Shown here piece by piece: positions 46,266 through 57,840 of a stretch of DNA of 64,000 nucleotides. Where the stretch lies: contig CM059432.1 in the NCBI GenBank assembly GCA_030390025.1, forward strand, positions 123,134,001-123,198,000, in the 5' to 3' direction. The position numbers were made by a program, and so were the translations under genes. The stretch's first letter is position 1; every line of letters begins with the position of its first letter. This DNA is from Squalus acanthias (lineage: Eukaryota). The notes below the pieces were generated by a model. It made no database searches, was not told where the DNA came from, and saw only the letters and a list, made by a program, of their open reading frames with translations.

Positions 46266-47706
46266 CATTGTGTAACTGATATGTAGCACAAACTCCCAGC
46301 TAGGGTAGCTGATGCTATGTTGATTAACTGAGTAGCTTCTTTAAAAATGAGCCAGATAGATAGCTGGTTTGGAACACGATTAAAAGTTGTGGTAAGATTA
46401 GACAGAGCAGAACATACGTTCCATGAAAAAACAATCTTGTGCCATGAAAAGTGATCAAAGATGATGAAGGTGAATAGTTGTAAGTTTTAGGGGGTATTCT
46501 GGGGTTTCTGTCGATCTGCCTTTGGGGAGCAGCAAGAACTTTCTTCCTAAGGATTAACTAGACTTGGCTGAATGACGTTTTCTGGTTGCATACGTCTTTG
46601 TGTTACTATTGGCTATATTTTCTTTTGGTTGCTAATCTGAACAAAAATAAAAATCAGTTTTCCTGGTTTTGTACTCACTAAGTGTTTGGTTACATTAGGA
46701 ACTGGAGGAAAGTGCATTCCTAGATTGTCCCTCTGACTTAGACAACCCATACAGATGCCAGGAATGGGAAGAGTCACACTAGTGCAATTAGAGTGAGGCT
46801 TCTTGTAAGATTGGGGTAGAGCACAGTGTTGAGTAGAAGGAGCTTCACTCTGCTTTTAGTAGCTCGTCCTGTAATCGACTTTGGAATGTTTAATTGTGTG
46901 CCTTGAATGAGCACAAAACATTCATCCTTTTTTTTAAAGGAACCTTTTTCCGTTTAATATGCAATCTTGTGTGTGAATGAATGTGAGTTGAAAAAGATAA
47001 TGAAGAGGCAATTTAATCCAAGGGTTAGATGATATCTGATAAAGGACAATGAATGTTTAATGTATGTAATAAACAATAGAGACAATGGCCAGTCCTTTCA
47101 TTTTGTGAGCATCTTTCTCAAAGTAATGGAGCATGGTTCTCCTGCTAGCTCAGCTGGTTAAGGCAGGACAGTTCTATATCCACATCCTGACCTGTGCTAC
47201 GTTAGCTGGGATCCCAGCACCTCTGCGTAAGGTAGGGGGATACAATCATCCAGGCTTCCCAGTACTAATTGTCTTCCAGAAACGTCTCCTGGCAGTGTGC
47301 ATGTGTGGACGTTGAGGACAGAATTAGACTCGGTTGCGATGATGACACAGTGACATTGGAATTAATACACAACCAATTAGCTACTCATCCAGTTATTCCT
47401 TGAACTGCTTGGACAAAATGTTGACAGGGTGTCCTAACAAATTATCCCACATATTTTTTTGTCATTATTACAGGAATAAATTCTCCTCTCAGAAAAGAGT
47501 AAAGCAGGGTGATAGAATTGAAACCCAAAGTTAACAAACTCTCACCGTTACTTTTTGATTTAACTTGTCTTCTCAGCCTCTTTTTTCAACCTTGCTGGTG
47601 TTCCTTACAATGGGCATCAACCCTTTATTGAGTTTATTTATTCATTTAATGTTTAATGATTGTTGCTGTCTGCAGTACAATTCTAATAGCATCTCTTTAC
47701 AAACAG

Positions 47707-47811
47707 CAAAGAAGAGCCAATCAAAACAGCTACTCAATTCCTGACGTCCATGACCGAGCGAATTCCAGAACCATGGAGTATCAGGACGAAGCTATTTATG
47801 CTAACTTGTAG
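47707..47811 (+). CDS. CD226: CD226-like gene, last coding exon with tyrosine motif
   Basis: Acceptor ctctttacaaacag|, phase 0. Encodes QRRANQNSYSIPDVHDRANSRTMEYQDEAIYANL*. IYAN parallels the CD226 DIYVN ITT-like motif. Confidence 0.85.
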   Translation, partial: QRRANQNSYSIPDVHDRANSRTMEYQDEAIYANL

Positions 47812-48589
47812 GCGCTAACGCAGATAAACTGACCAAGGACCTTCACTAGCGGATCTCGCACAGATCTTCATCACCATGAACTGTTCCCATGTTTCTGTTT
47901 TCATTTTCTTCACTAACAAGGTGACTGTCAGATTCATTCCATCTGAAAACTAAACAGTGAACATTATTGTAATCCTGGAACAGGATGGAGGAGAAAGTAA
48001 TTAGTTTTTTCTTTCAACTTTTAAAAATTTTCTATTTCTTTTTCGTTAACTGCCATATGACCATTTTTATCTCGTAAATGTAATAATGTTTTGGTGGCAA
48101 CATCTGTGTATTTGCATACTTGGCAACTAGGAATTTACAAGAAATATTAAATTAGCAATATACATGATGAAAAAAAAAATTGTTTCTGAGAAACTAAACC
48201 AGTCCTTAAAGAGTTTCAGGTATAATTCAAAACTTGGCTGCAGGCATTGTAGGAATTTTATTTTTGTAAGTTTCTTTAACACTTTGCTATGTGAATTGTG
48301 TCAAAATACATTTTATTAGGAGACCAGAGAAATTAAGGGTTATCATGTTACTTTAGAACTGGCCAAAGTGCCATATTCAGGGATTTTGACCAGATTGTGG
48401 GAGGGTATCAGTACACCATATTGTTTACCGCCAGCTTGTTTGTTTGCATCGGGAATATTTAACTTGACTTTTTGACTTGTGCCCCATTATGTATGTTTTG
48501 CATTTCTTATTATTCAACCATGAACATCCTCAGTTGATCAAAAGCTTCTTCGCAGCTCCAGGCTTCTTTGAGATCCCTACAAAAACAAC

Positions 48590-49600
48590 TTCTAAATCTA
48601 TAGTTCTGAAGTACAGCGACACAAATTAGAGCCCTTTACTGAGTGGACACTGAGCAGGAGAAGGAAAGGGAAAGGAGGGGTGGGGCAAAAGCACTGTAGC
48701 AGGGTCTTTAGGAAACTTTTGAAAGTAGGGAAGGAGGTGACAAGATGGAGATACCAATTAAGGGAGCTGCAGAGAAGAGGAGATTAGTGGTTGAAGAAGC
48801 AGTTGCCAAAGCGTTGGAAGGGCAGAGCGTACACACAAATATACAACCAGAGGGGATCATGGAGATAGGAAGAGGCAAGGCCATGAAGAATTTGAATTTG
48901 AAGAAAAGAATCTTTGTCAATATACTGGGGCATGGGGAGCCAGTGGACTGTGGCGTGATGGGGATGCAGTTCTTAGTGCGAGTGAGAATGTAGGCTACGG
49001 CTTTCTGAATCACTTGTAGCTTGTGAAGGGTGAAGCACGGAAGCTGGCAAGGAAAGCATTGGAGAAGTCCATCCACAGGACGGTAAAAGCATAGATTAAG
49101 GTGGGAGAGAGGTAGCCATGGAGGCAGCCAATGTTTTGGAGGTGAAAGAAATGGATCTTGGTGATGGATTGGACGTGGGGATGAAGCTGAGCCTGGGGGT
49201 TGAGCAAGACGTCAATGTTCTAGGTTTAATCTGAGATGGGAGCCAGGAAGACCGATGGAGTCAAGGCCAGAAGAATGTAAATGCTTGTGGAAGTCCAAAG
49301 TGTCTGGCATTAGTTTGCTGATATTTAGTTGGAGGACAGTTGTCTCATCAGGATCTTAATATCAGGCAATTAGCTGGGCTGACAATAGTTCTGGAGTTGA
49401 TAGAAGAGGTGGAGAGTAGAGCTGAGGGTCATTGGCAACCATGTGAAAGCTTACTTCAAGATTTTGGTTGATGTCACCAAAGGTATTCTGTAAATGACAG
49501 AGGAGGGTGTAAAAGAAGGAAAGCTGGAGCACGACAGGGATGATCTGTAAGCAGTGAATACACAGCCATTGCCAGATCCCTATCAATGAATGATCAAACA
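48590..49600 (-). mobile_element. Degenerate L2 LINE
   Basis: Minus remnants HVQSITKIHFFHLQNIG and LHKLQVIQKAVAYILTRTK..PITP. Confidence 0.7.
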
Positions 49601-49611
49601 GGAAAGCATGA

Positions 49612-50117
49612 AATAACAACAGAAAACGCTGGAAAAACTCAGCAGGCCAGGCAGCATCCGTGGAGAGAGAAAGAGAGTTAACGTTTCAGGTCGATGACCT
49701 TTCGTCAGAACTGTGAAGAGCCGGAAATCAAATAGATTTAAGGCCAGAGTAAAGCTGGGAAAAGGGGGAGGGGATAAAAGAACAAAGGGGGAGATGAAGA
49801 GACATTAAGAGACATTAAGAGATATGCAAGGCTAGAGGTGGTGTTAATGTGACAGATTAAGGCTGAAAGAAGTGTGAAATCCACTGGCAGAATGAAGGAC
49901 AGCTGCCAGCTTCTAGGAGGAAAAAAAAGGTGGGGGGGGGCAAATAAAAGGGTGGAAAAAATAAAATATAAATGTGATTGGAGCTGAGGTTATGATCTAA
50001 AATTGTTGAACTCGATATTGAGTCCAGAGGGCTGTAGCGTGCCTAAACGAAAGATGAGGTGCTGTTCCTCGAGCTTACGCTGCGCTTCCGTGGAACAGTG
50101 TAATAGGCCGAGGACGG
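49612..50117 (-). mobile_element. Penelope-like element family B, 3' part
   Basis: Open GIY-YIG C-terminus VLGLLHCSTEAQRKLEEQHLIFRLGTLQPSGLNIEFNNFRS* (50115-49990), followed by a terminal repeat with hammerhead. Confidence 0.85.
49675..49713 (-). ncRNA. Minimal type I hammerhead ribozyme motif with intact core
   Basis: Minus RNA AGUU-CUGACGA-A-AGGUC auc GACCU-GAAA-CG-UU-AACU: stem I AGUU/AACU, CUGANGA, 5-bp stem II, GAAA and palindromic AACGUU. Confidence 0.75.
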
Positions 50118-53100
50118 TGAAGAAGGTACCAGGATAAGCAAAACCATCTCAATTCTGCCAGTGTAAGATACTTCACTCCAGTGAGGTACCTGTTTTGTAC
50201 ACCGTTAGGAACTGAAGATGTGGAATTTCTCAATGGGCCCTGCATGTTTGACTCAACAGGAAGGACCCTTGAGAAGTATGTTAGTGAAAGCTAATTTTCT
50301 TTCTCTCTCTAGTCAATCTCAATGAACCCTGCAGAGCCCAAGCTGTTTAGGAATGCTGAGGGTAAAAATGAATGAAGACCAGTATTTGAGATCAGGTTCC
50401 CCAAGTCTAGAGTTCAATACTGGGAGTTATTGGAGATTTCCTGTGCATGTTACATAGAATTTACAGCACAGAAGCAGGCCATTCGGCTTAATAGGTCTCT
50501 GCCGGTGTTTATGCTCCTCAGAAGCCTCCTCGCACCTTACTTCATCTCACCCACCTTACTTCATCTCATGTTACATGTAAGAATGTCGTATACCCATTTA
50601 TAAAGAGCATGATTATGATTTTGTTACGGCATAGTGCTAAGGGAGGCTATGTGTAGCTTAAAGACCATGTGGTGTATTCTCTTTGTGTTTTTTAGCGACA
50701 TTTAAAATTTACATCAGGTGAACTGAATCAACTTTCTATCAGGCCAGCAGTTAAGTGAAAATGTTTGTTCTACTTTCAAGCTACTTCATTTGGCTTGTTG
50801 CTAAGACCACATACTAACACCTTGCTTAAAAAGATTCTTAATTGGTCAAAGCCACAGTGTTGAATAACTTTGCAATGGTAGGCAAATGTATTTGAGAAAT
50901 GGAAGTCTGAAGGTGATTCTCATACTTATACTTGGTGTGTTAAAGACAATTGTGAAGCATTTGCACATACAGTAATCAACCTGCTTTTATGTAGTTAATT
51001 GTATAAAATGCAACAAATATCATTGTGTGTGAAATAAAAAAAAACACGAATCAAAGCCCACAGTTTGATAAAGCCAATAATTTATTTCCATGAGCAGTCG
51101 CACAGAACCATAAATTACAACATAAAAATAACATCTACTGAAAACCATACTCTGAAATACATCGTGAAGCATGAGATAAATAGAGGACAGTAGATAATGA
51201 TGACTAAGGTACAGATTTCCTTTGGATACAGATATATAGGCCAGTCTGATGAATTTGGTAAGAAATCGGTATCTCATTTTCATCAGATTGTTCCTTTCAT
51301 TAAGTGCATGGGACAAACAACAAAAAAAACCCTAAAAATGGAACTGGAGATGAGTGTTATTTTACTCTGCTGTTTCCATAGAATACTAACTGCTAGATAT
51401 GATACTCACCTAAGCAGTTTCAGAGTGTGAACTGATATTTTCACATCCATCATAACATTGGTAACATCTTAAGGGGGAAGCATCGCCATATTGGGGATTT
51501 TCTAGGCAGGTACTCAATTCCTGGAATAACCTATTCTTGAAGCTTTGCTACAACAAAACCCCATGGGCTGCTGCTTGAGTTACAACAATACTCGATCTAC
51601 ACATCAGAACATTTTGCAAGGTGGTTTTCACATTTTTACCATAGTTTTTGTAGCACTAGACGCAATCAGGAATGTAGTTTGCTGATTGTACTAACCTCAG
51701 TATACAACCGTGCTAAAATGCCTTACAAGACACGTTACCACGTGACAGTAGGCGTTTAAGTGTAAACATGGGTCCAATACAGAATTCACAAGCAAATGAC
51801 TAATTTTTCCAAAATGCAACTCATAACACACATGATTTTCCAAAATGCAACAACATAACAAATATGAATAGAATGTAAATATAATTTTCCACAACATGGA
51901 AATTGTCATAGTTCAAAGAAACTGAGACAATGCAAGAGATTAAACAATCTCAGTGCTGTATGCTTGTAGTTTAAACAGTGGACCTCATCAACAAATCTAG
52001 GAGGCCATAGACTTGGGGATTTCACTGAAGTCAGTGATTTCCTGACACCATGCATGCGCATTTTGGAAGATTGACAGAACCAGCGCATACAGGCTGAAGC
52101 TGGTGTTAACAGAATGGAAGTGAGTGAACTATGATTGAAATTAGTTCCCAGCCCAGTGCGCAAACTGCATGATTTACAACATTTGAAATACCTGCCGTGT
52201 TATTAAACAGGAGCTTAAAGTCTAAATGTGCAACTGATTCCATCGGCACCCTAGAGTTTCTCAAAGACCTATTGAGATTTACAGTATACAAGGTTTTGAA
52301 TATATGGAGAGCAAATAACCAATAGAAAAAAGAAATGTACGCACAGTAGAAGAGAGTCACAGTGCAGGAAATATGGAGGGAAAATAACTTGACTGTTTTA
52401 ACAACTAGGAGGTGGAAACCATGATTAAAAGAGGCGGGGGAGTGGAAAGGCAAGTTAGCAGTATAGTTAGAAAAGTTCCACAAATACAATTATGAACATA
52501 ATACAAATATATGTCAAAAACAGCACACTATGGAAAAGACGTAGCTATAGGTAGTACCAATCTCCGTCTCGTTTCTTTAATTAATTATGTACATCACAGT
52601 GAAACAAGCATTTGTTATAATTTCATGTTAAACGCGTGGGACTTTATTAACCTTCTAAGACAGAGTGGGAAAGATCACTTCGCATATCTGTGGAAGGAAC
52701 GCCTCACAAAAGAAACGTGACCATCTAACTGTTGGTTTCTGCCTGAGCTGTCGCCTGTTTACTACAACTGCGGCCTCATTTGTGCACAGCAGAACAATGA
52801 AACAAGACCCTTTGTAAGTACAAAGCCACACTCGCGCTGACAAACAATACCCAGTGTATTTCATCTTTACCTCAGTTCTGGAGGAAGATGCCAGCTTATA
52901 CTGTCAGATAGAGAACTCTGAGATCTTGTGAATGGGATTTCAGGATAAAAGTCACTTCTCTAAGAGCACTGGGTTGCTTCATCTCTGCTGTGATTCAGAG
53001 TAAATACAACTTATTTTTCTTGTGAATCAAACCTAAAGGGGACAACCATGTAGACTGCAGGAATCCAGAGCTAGTCCAACTTTGGACTTATGGTGAATGA

Positions 53101-53981
53101 TGTCTGGCCGATTGTATTTCAGGTCTAAATGCAAAATGGGTTTTTACTCATTTGTAATCAATGACATCATTGCTGTTTCAGCAGCTCGACATTCACTGTT
53201 GTTTAACAGTTTACTCAGTAGTCGGTGTCACTTCTGCAAAATGTGGTCAACCAGTGAGTTTGTGCAGTGTTTTCCCCCTAGAAAATAATGCTGTAACCGA
53301 TGACATATAATCCATTTTTGGTGAATCTCTTGATCAATAATCCCCACTGAGATATCTTCAAGTATCATCTGTCTGCTATTTATTAAAATTAAGAACCAAA
53401 AAGATTTGGGATGGTCGTGAATCGGGGCCCCGGGTCTGATTGGCCCTCCCATTGAGCGATGCTCTACGCTGGGAGCACTAACTCAAAATGTAGTCGTGTG
53501 TGGTGTAGGGAATAAATCTTTGACTGATTTGGAGGTGGAGAGTGATGATCGCATTTGTGAGAAAGCAACAAAAATGTGGGAAAGACAGTGGATCAGTTTG
53601 GACACAACTAAGATAGCAGTGAAACATGAGTTCCAGAAGGCAGCTCGTGAGCTCCAACAGCAGATTTTTCTATCTCAAAAAGTTCTTTTCCCCAGTAACA
53701 GTATATTAGCTGCCACTGGAGTAAAGAAGATTTAACTCACATAAAATAAAAGATTATGAACAGCCAGAGGTGCTGAATGTCCCCTCTTAACAAATTCCAC
53801 TTTAACCACTGTACATAACTACAACATTCCTACCTTGGTAGAGCTGACTTGTTTTAGATAAATATGTACATTGACTTTTTGATAGCTTGTACTGGTTCCT
53901 TCTTGGAGGCTGTGACATTCTGACTTTTATGTCCCAGTGCCACAAATAATAAGTGCCACAACTTTATTACTGTGCAAACAC

Positions 53982-54445
53982 TGATTCCTGGGATGAGAGG
54001 GTTGTCCTATGAGGAGAGATTGAGTAGATTGGGCCGATACTCTCTGGAGTTTAGAAGAATGAGAGGTGATCTCATTGAACATATAAGATTCTGAGAGGGC
54101 TTGACCGGGTAGATGCTGAGAGGTTGTTTCCCCTGGCTGGAGAGTCTAGAACGAGGGGGCAAGTCTCAGGATAAGGGGCTGGCCATTTAGAACTGAGATG
54201 AGGAGGAATTTCTTCACTCAGAGCATTGTGAATCTTTGGAATTCTCTACCCCAGAGGGCTGTGGATGTTCAGTTGTATATTCAAGGCTGAGATCGATAGA
54301 TTTTTGGACTCTAGGGGAATCAAGGGATATGGGGATAGGGCAGGAAAGTGGAGTTGAGGTCAAAGATCAGCCATGATCTTATTGAATGGCAGAGCAGGCT
54401 CAAGGGGTTGTATGGCCTACTCTTGCTCCTATTTCTTATGTTCTA
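53982..54445 (+). mobile_element. CR1 LINE 3' fragment
   Basis: ctgattcctgggatgagagg..tttagaagaatgagaggtgatctcattga..ttcttatgttct; same family as 7140-7555. Confidence 0.85.
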
Positions 54446-54719
54446 ACATAACTTGCCTCTTAAAACCCAAACTGTAATTCCATTGTAAAAGGGGCAGGAA
54501 CTTACTGTGTTCTTTGATAACATTTCTATCCTTTCCTTTTATCGATTGTAGTAATGATCCTTCCTTCTAATATGATTCAACAGCTGTAAATAAACCCTTT
54601 CGCATTTATTTCAAAATTACATCTGTGCTTTATGTGACTGTGTTTTAGAGAATGAGCCTTTTGAATGTTTTTTAGGGGTTGTGCTTGTGTGCGTTGATCT
54701 GTTTGATAAGAACAGACTG

Positions 54720-54886
54720 GGGGAGTTTTGACTTTGGGCGCTAGTGTAAAATAGGCGATATTGGCTCGTCCACCCGTTACACCCCTCTCCTATCGACTTC
54801 ATGAAACGAAAATCAGGAGAGGTGTTTAACGGGTGGCCGAGCCGATATCGCCCGTTTTACACTAGCGCCCAAAGTCAAAATTTCCC
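54720..54886. repeat. Palindromic MITE-like element (about 165-bp hairpin)
   Basis: ttttgactttgggcgctagtgtaaaa pairs perfectly with ttttacactagcgcccaaagtcaaaa; imperfect pairing continues to a short central loop. Confidence 0.8.
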
Positions 54887-55454
54887 TCACTGGGAAGGGG
54901 GACTTCCCGTGTCTAACTTCATTGGGACCCTCACAATTGTAGAGTCAGTTGTGCAGGAATCCTCTATTTGCACTTAGATTGTCCAGGTTGTTCTCTTATT
55001 TTTGCGGTTTACCAAATCATAAAACTGCTGCATTCTTATAAGTTGTATGAGGATTTGTCGTCATGGCTCCTATAATATAGATCTACCTAACGATCTGCTC
55101 ACCTAGTGGATTTTGCTTATTGTAACTTTGAATATAACGACACTCCAGTCATGATTTGAAAATTTCATTTATGATGAAAACAATTTCGGTTTCTCAATTC
55201 TCCACGTGCCTGAATGAAGCAGCACTGAGTTACAGGGAAGTTACTGGCTGAGCACAGTGAGGAAATATATTGCTGATCTTCTGCTGTTTATCTCACTGTT
55301 CACAATCAATAACTGGTTCACAGATAAATGGAAGCAGTGACTCAGCATTTAAAGAGTTTGATCTCCAGCTGTCCAGCTGTTTTTTATTGGTCTTCTGCCA
55401 GGTCAGTACTACCAGGTCCTAATGCACAGGTCTCCTGCAGCCAACCACAACCCA

Positions 55455-55667
55455 ACAATAACAACTTGCATTTATATAGCACCTTTAACGTAGTAAAACA
55501 TCCCAATGAACTTCACAGGAGCTATTATCAAACAAAATTTGACACCGAGTCACACAAGGAGATATTAGGGCAAGTGACCAAAAGCATGGTCAAAGAGGTA
55601 GGTTTTAAGGAGCGTCTTAAAGGAGGAAAGAGAGGTAGAGAGGCGGAGTGGTTTAGGGAGGGAATTA
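55455..55667 (-). mobile_element. L2 LINE 3' end
   Basis: aacaataacaacttgcatttatatagcacc..aaaatttgacaccgag.., matching 1-230. Confidence 0.8.
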
Positions 55668-56119
55668 GACTGGCTGCCATTAAGAGTCCTTTTCATAATC
55701 TGTACAGCATTGAACAGATAAGAAACCTCCATGTCTCCATTTCCTGATGTGTGTGGGTTTGATTGCCTTTTTGGGACATTTTCAAAAGCGGGTGAATCTT
55801 TATAAACTCCAGTGACCAGCGCGGCCTGCACTCTGCCCTTATGATGGACCAGCACTGGGACTTTGAAAGGATTTGATAAGTACTTCCATAAAGCAGATTA
55901 AACAGCATTAATGCTCACTGCATCTGCTTCATGAGCTGTAAGTGAAAGCAATCTGGGCACGGCTGCATTTTAATATATTTAAAGCCATCTGGTCAGGACA
56001 AGCTGTATTGGAGATGGAACAGAAAAGCACTTACCAACCGTGATTTTTGTAAGGACAATTATTAGAAAAGCCTCAACACCTTTTCTTCACTATTTTATCA
56101 TAAAGCTAAGCTAACTGTA

Positions 56120-56275
56120 GGGGAGTTATCCCCGGTGTTCTGCCCAATATTTATCCCTCAATCAACATCACTAAAACAGATTATCGGGTCATTATCACAT
56201 TGCTGTTTGTGGGAGCGAGCACTCTGGGACATCCTGAGGTCGTGAAAGGCACTATAGAAATGCAAGTCTTTTTTT
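56120..56275 (+). mobile_element. Internally deleted SINE (SacSINE1/DeuSINE-like)
   Basis: ccccggtgttctgcccaatatttatccctcaatcaacatcac..gtcgtgaaaggcactatagaaatgcaag. Confidence 0.65.
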
Positions 56276-57689
56276 AACTGCAAGGATGCGGCAGGCCACT
56301 ATATGCTCTCCTTTGCACCCCACTGCATATCAAGATCAAGGTTCACTGGTAACTACTTGCACTGATCAGTTTTCCCAATCGTTTCTCATCAGAGTAATCA
56401 CGTTAGAGAAGACATTTCACTTTAACAAGAGTATGTGCAGTGTAAGTTGTCTCTACTGTTGTCTGAAAAGATAGGCCAATTGACAGAAATGCGATTCACC
56501 ATCTTCAGTGGTGAAGCCAAAGCCATTCAGTTGGAAAAGTGAATCATTTCAGACTTCTTCCCGGTCTAACCAGGTGAAAACTGCACCATGTTCCACGACC
56601 TGATTGAAGTATCAGTACTTCAGAAGACTGAACTATTGCAGGAATGAGTTTGCTCCTCTCTCATATGGAAACTGGGGAATATATTAATAGACATTTAGAA
56701 AAACACTAAAGGTTCTTCCCCGGATGGGATGGTATAGAGTAGAAGGAACTGAAACAAACCATCACCATTACCTAATATTGCTTCTGAAAGCATAGGAATT
56801 AAACTGGAATATGATTTAATACTGCTGCTAAGGACCCCCACAGACCACACATCAATAATTACACACCGTCTCAATGCCAAAATCACTCCAAATCTACATA
56901 TCAGTTCTAATAAAGCTCTCAGACAAGTGAGACAAGGTAACCTTCAATAATCAATATTCACAATATTCCTTCAGCTTTTAAACATCTCTCCTAAACAAAC
57001 ATATTTGCTGGGAATAACTTTGCACTGGCTTTTTGAAAGACTGCAGATATAATTTCCCTTTTCTTATTTTCCAACTGTCAGCATCTTTACCGGAAAACAC
57101 AAAATGGATAGCATTTTATTTCTGTTGCTTAACAGTGCCAGTGTGATATAATTTATGAACATTAAACTACCAATCGATTAGATAACTGGACATTTATTTC
57201 AACAATTGACTCACTCCAAGCATAGGATGGGGAGAGAGACCAACCTCCAAAAGCATTTCTCTCAAAACTGTTTCTCTGTCCACCGATGCTGCCTGACCTC
57301 CTGAGTATTTCCATCATTTTCTGTTTTTATACTAAAAGCACACCACTGCCGATGGAAACAGCAGTGTTTGTTTGTCTGAAACAGCTGTGCGTACGTTCTG
57401 GTTGGAGTTTCTGATTATTAATAGTGATTCTTGCAACTTTCTGATTGTCGCAGGCTTGTTCAGGTAAACCACATGTTTTCCTGCATTCCGGCAAGTGAAG
57501 GTAAGATTTTAAATGTCATGGTAATGGTTTTAAAACACTTTTTTGATACTGGTTCTGGAGATAGATTAGGTTACAGCAGAGGTGTCAGAGAAAGCCTCTG
57601 TTCTATTTTAATCCTTGAAGTCATGACTTTATTGGTGCAGCATTAATGATTAAAGTAGCATAACAGAATATTGGTGGAACTCATCAGTT

Positions 57690-57840
57690 TAGAATCATAG
57701 ATTGGTTAGAGCACAGAAGGAGTTCATTCAGCCTGTCGCGCCCGTGCTGGCTCTCTGCAAGAGCACCTTGTCCTTTCCCCGTAGCCCTGCAAACTTTTTT
57801 CCTTCAGGTACTTATCCAATTCCCTTTTGAAAGCCACAAT
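57690..57840 (-). mobile_element. CR1 3' end fragment
   Basis: Matches 14275-14445 and 38111-38280. Confidence 0.7.
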
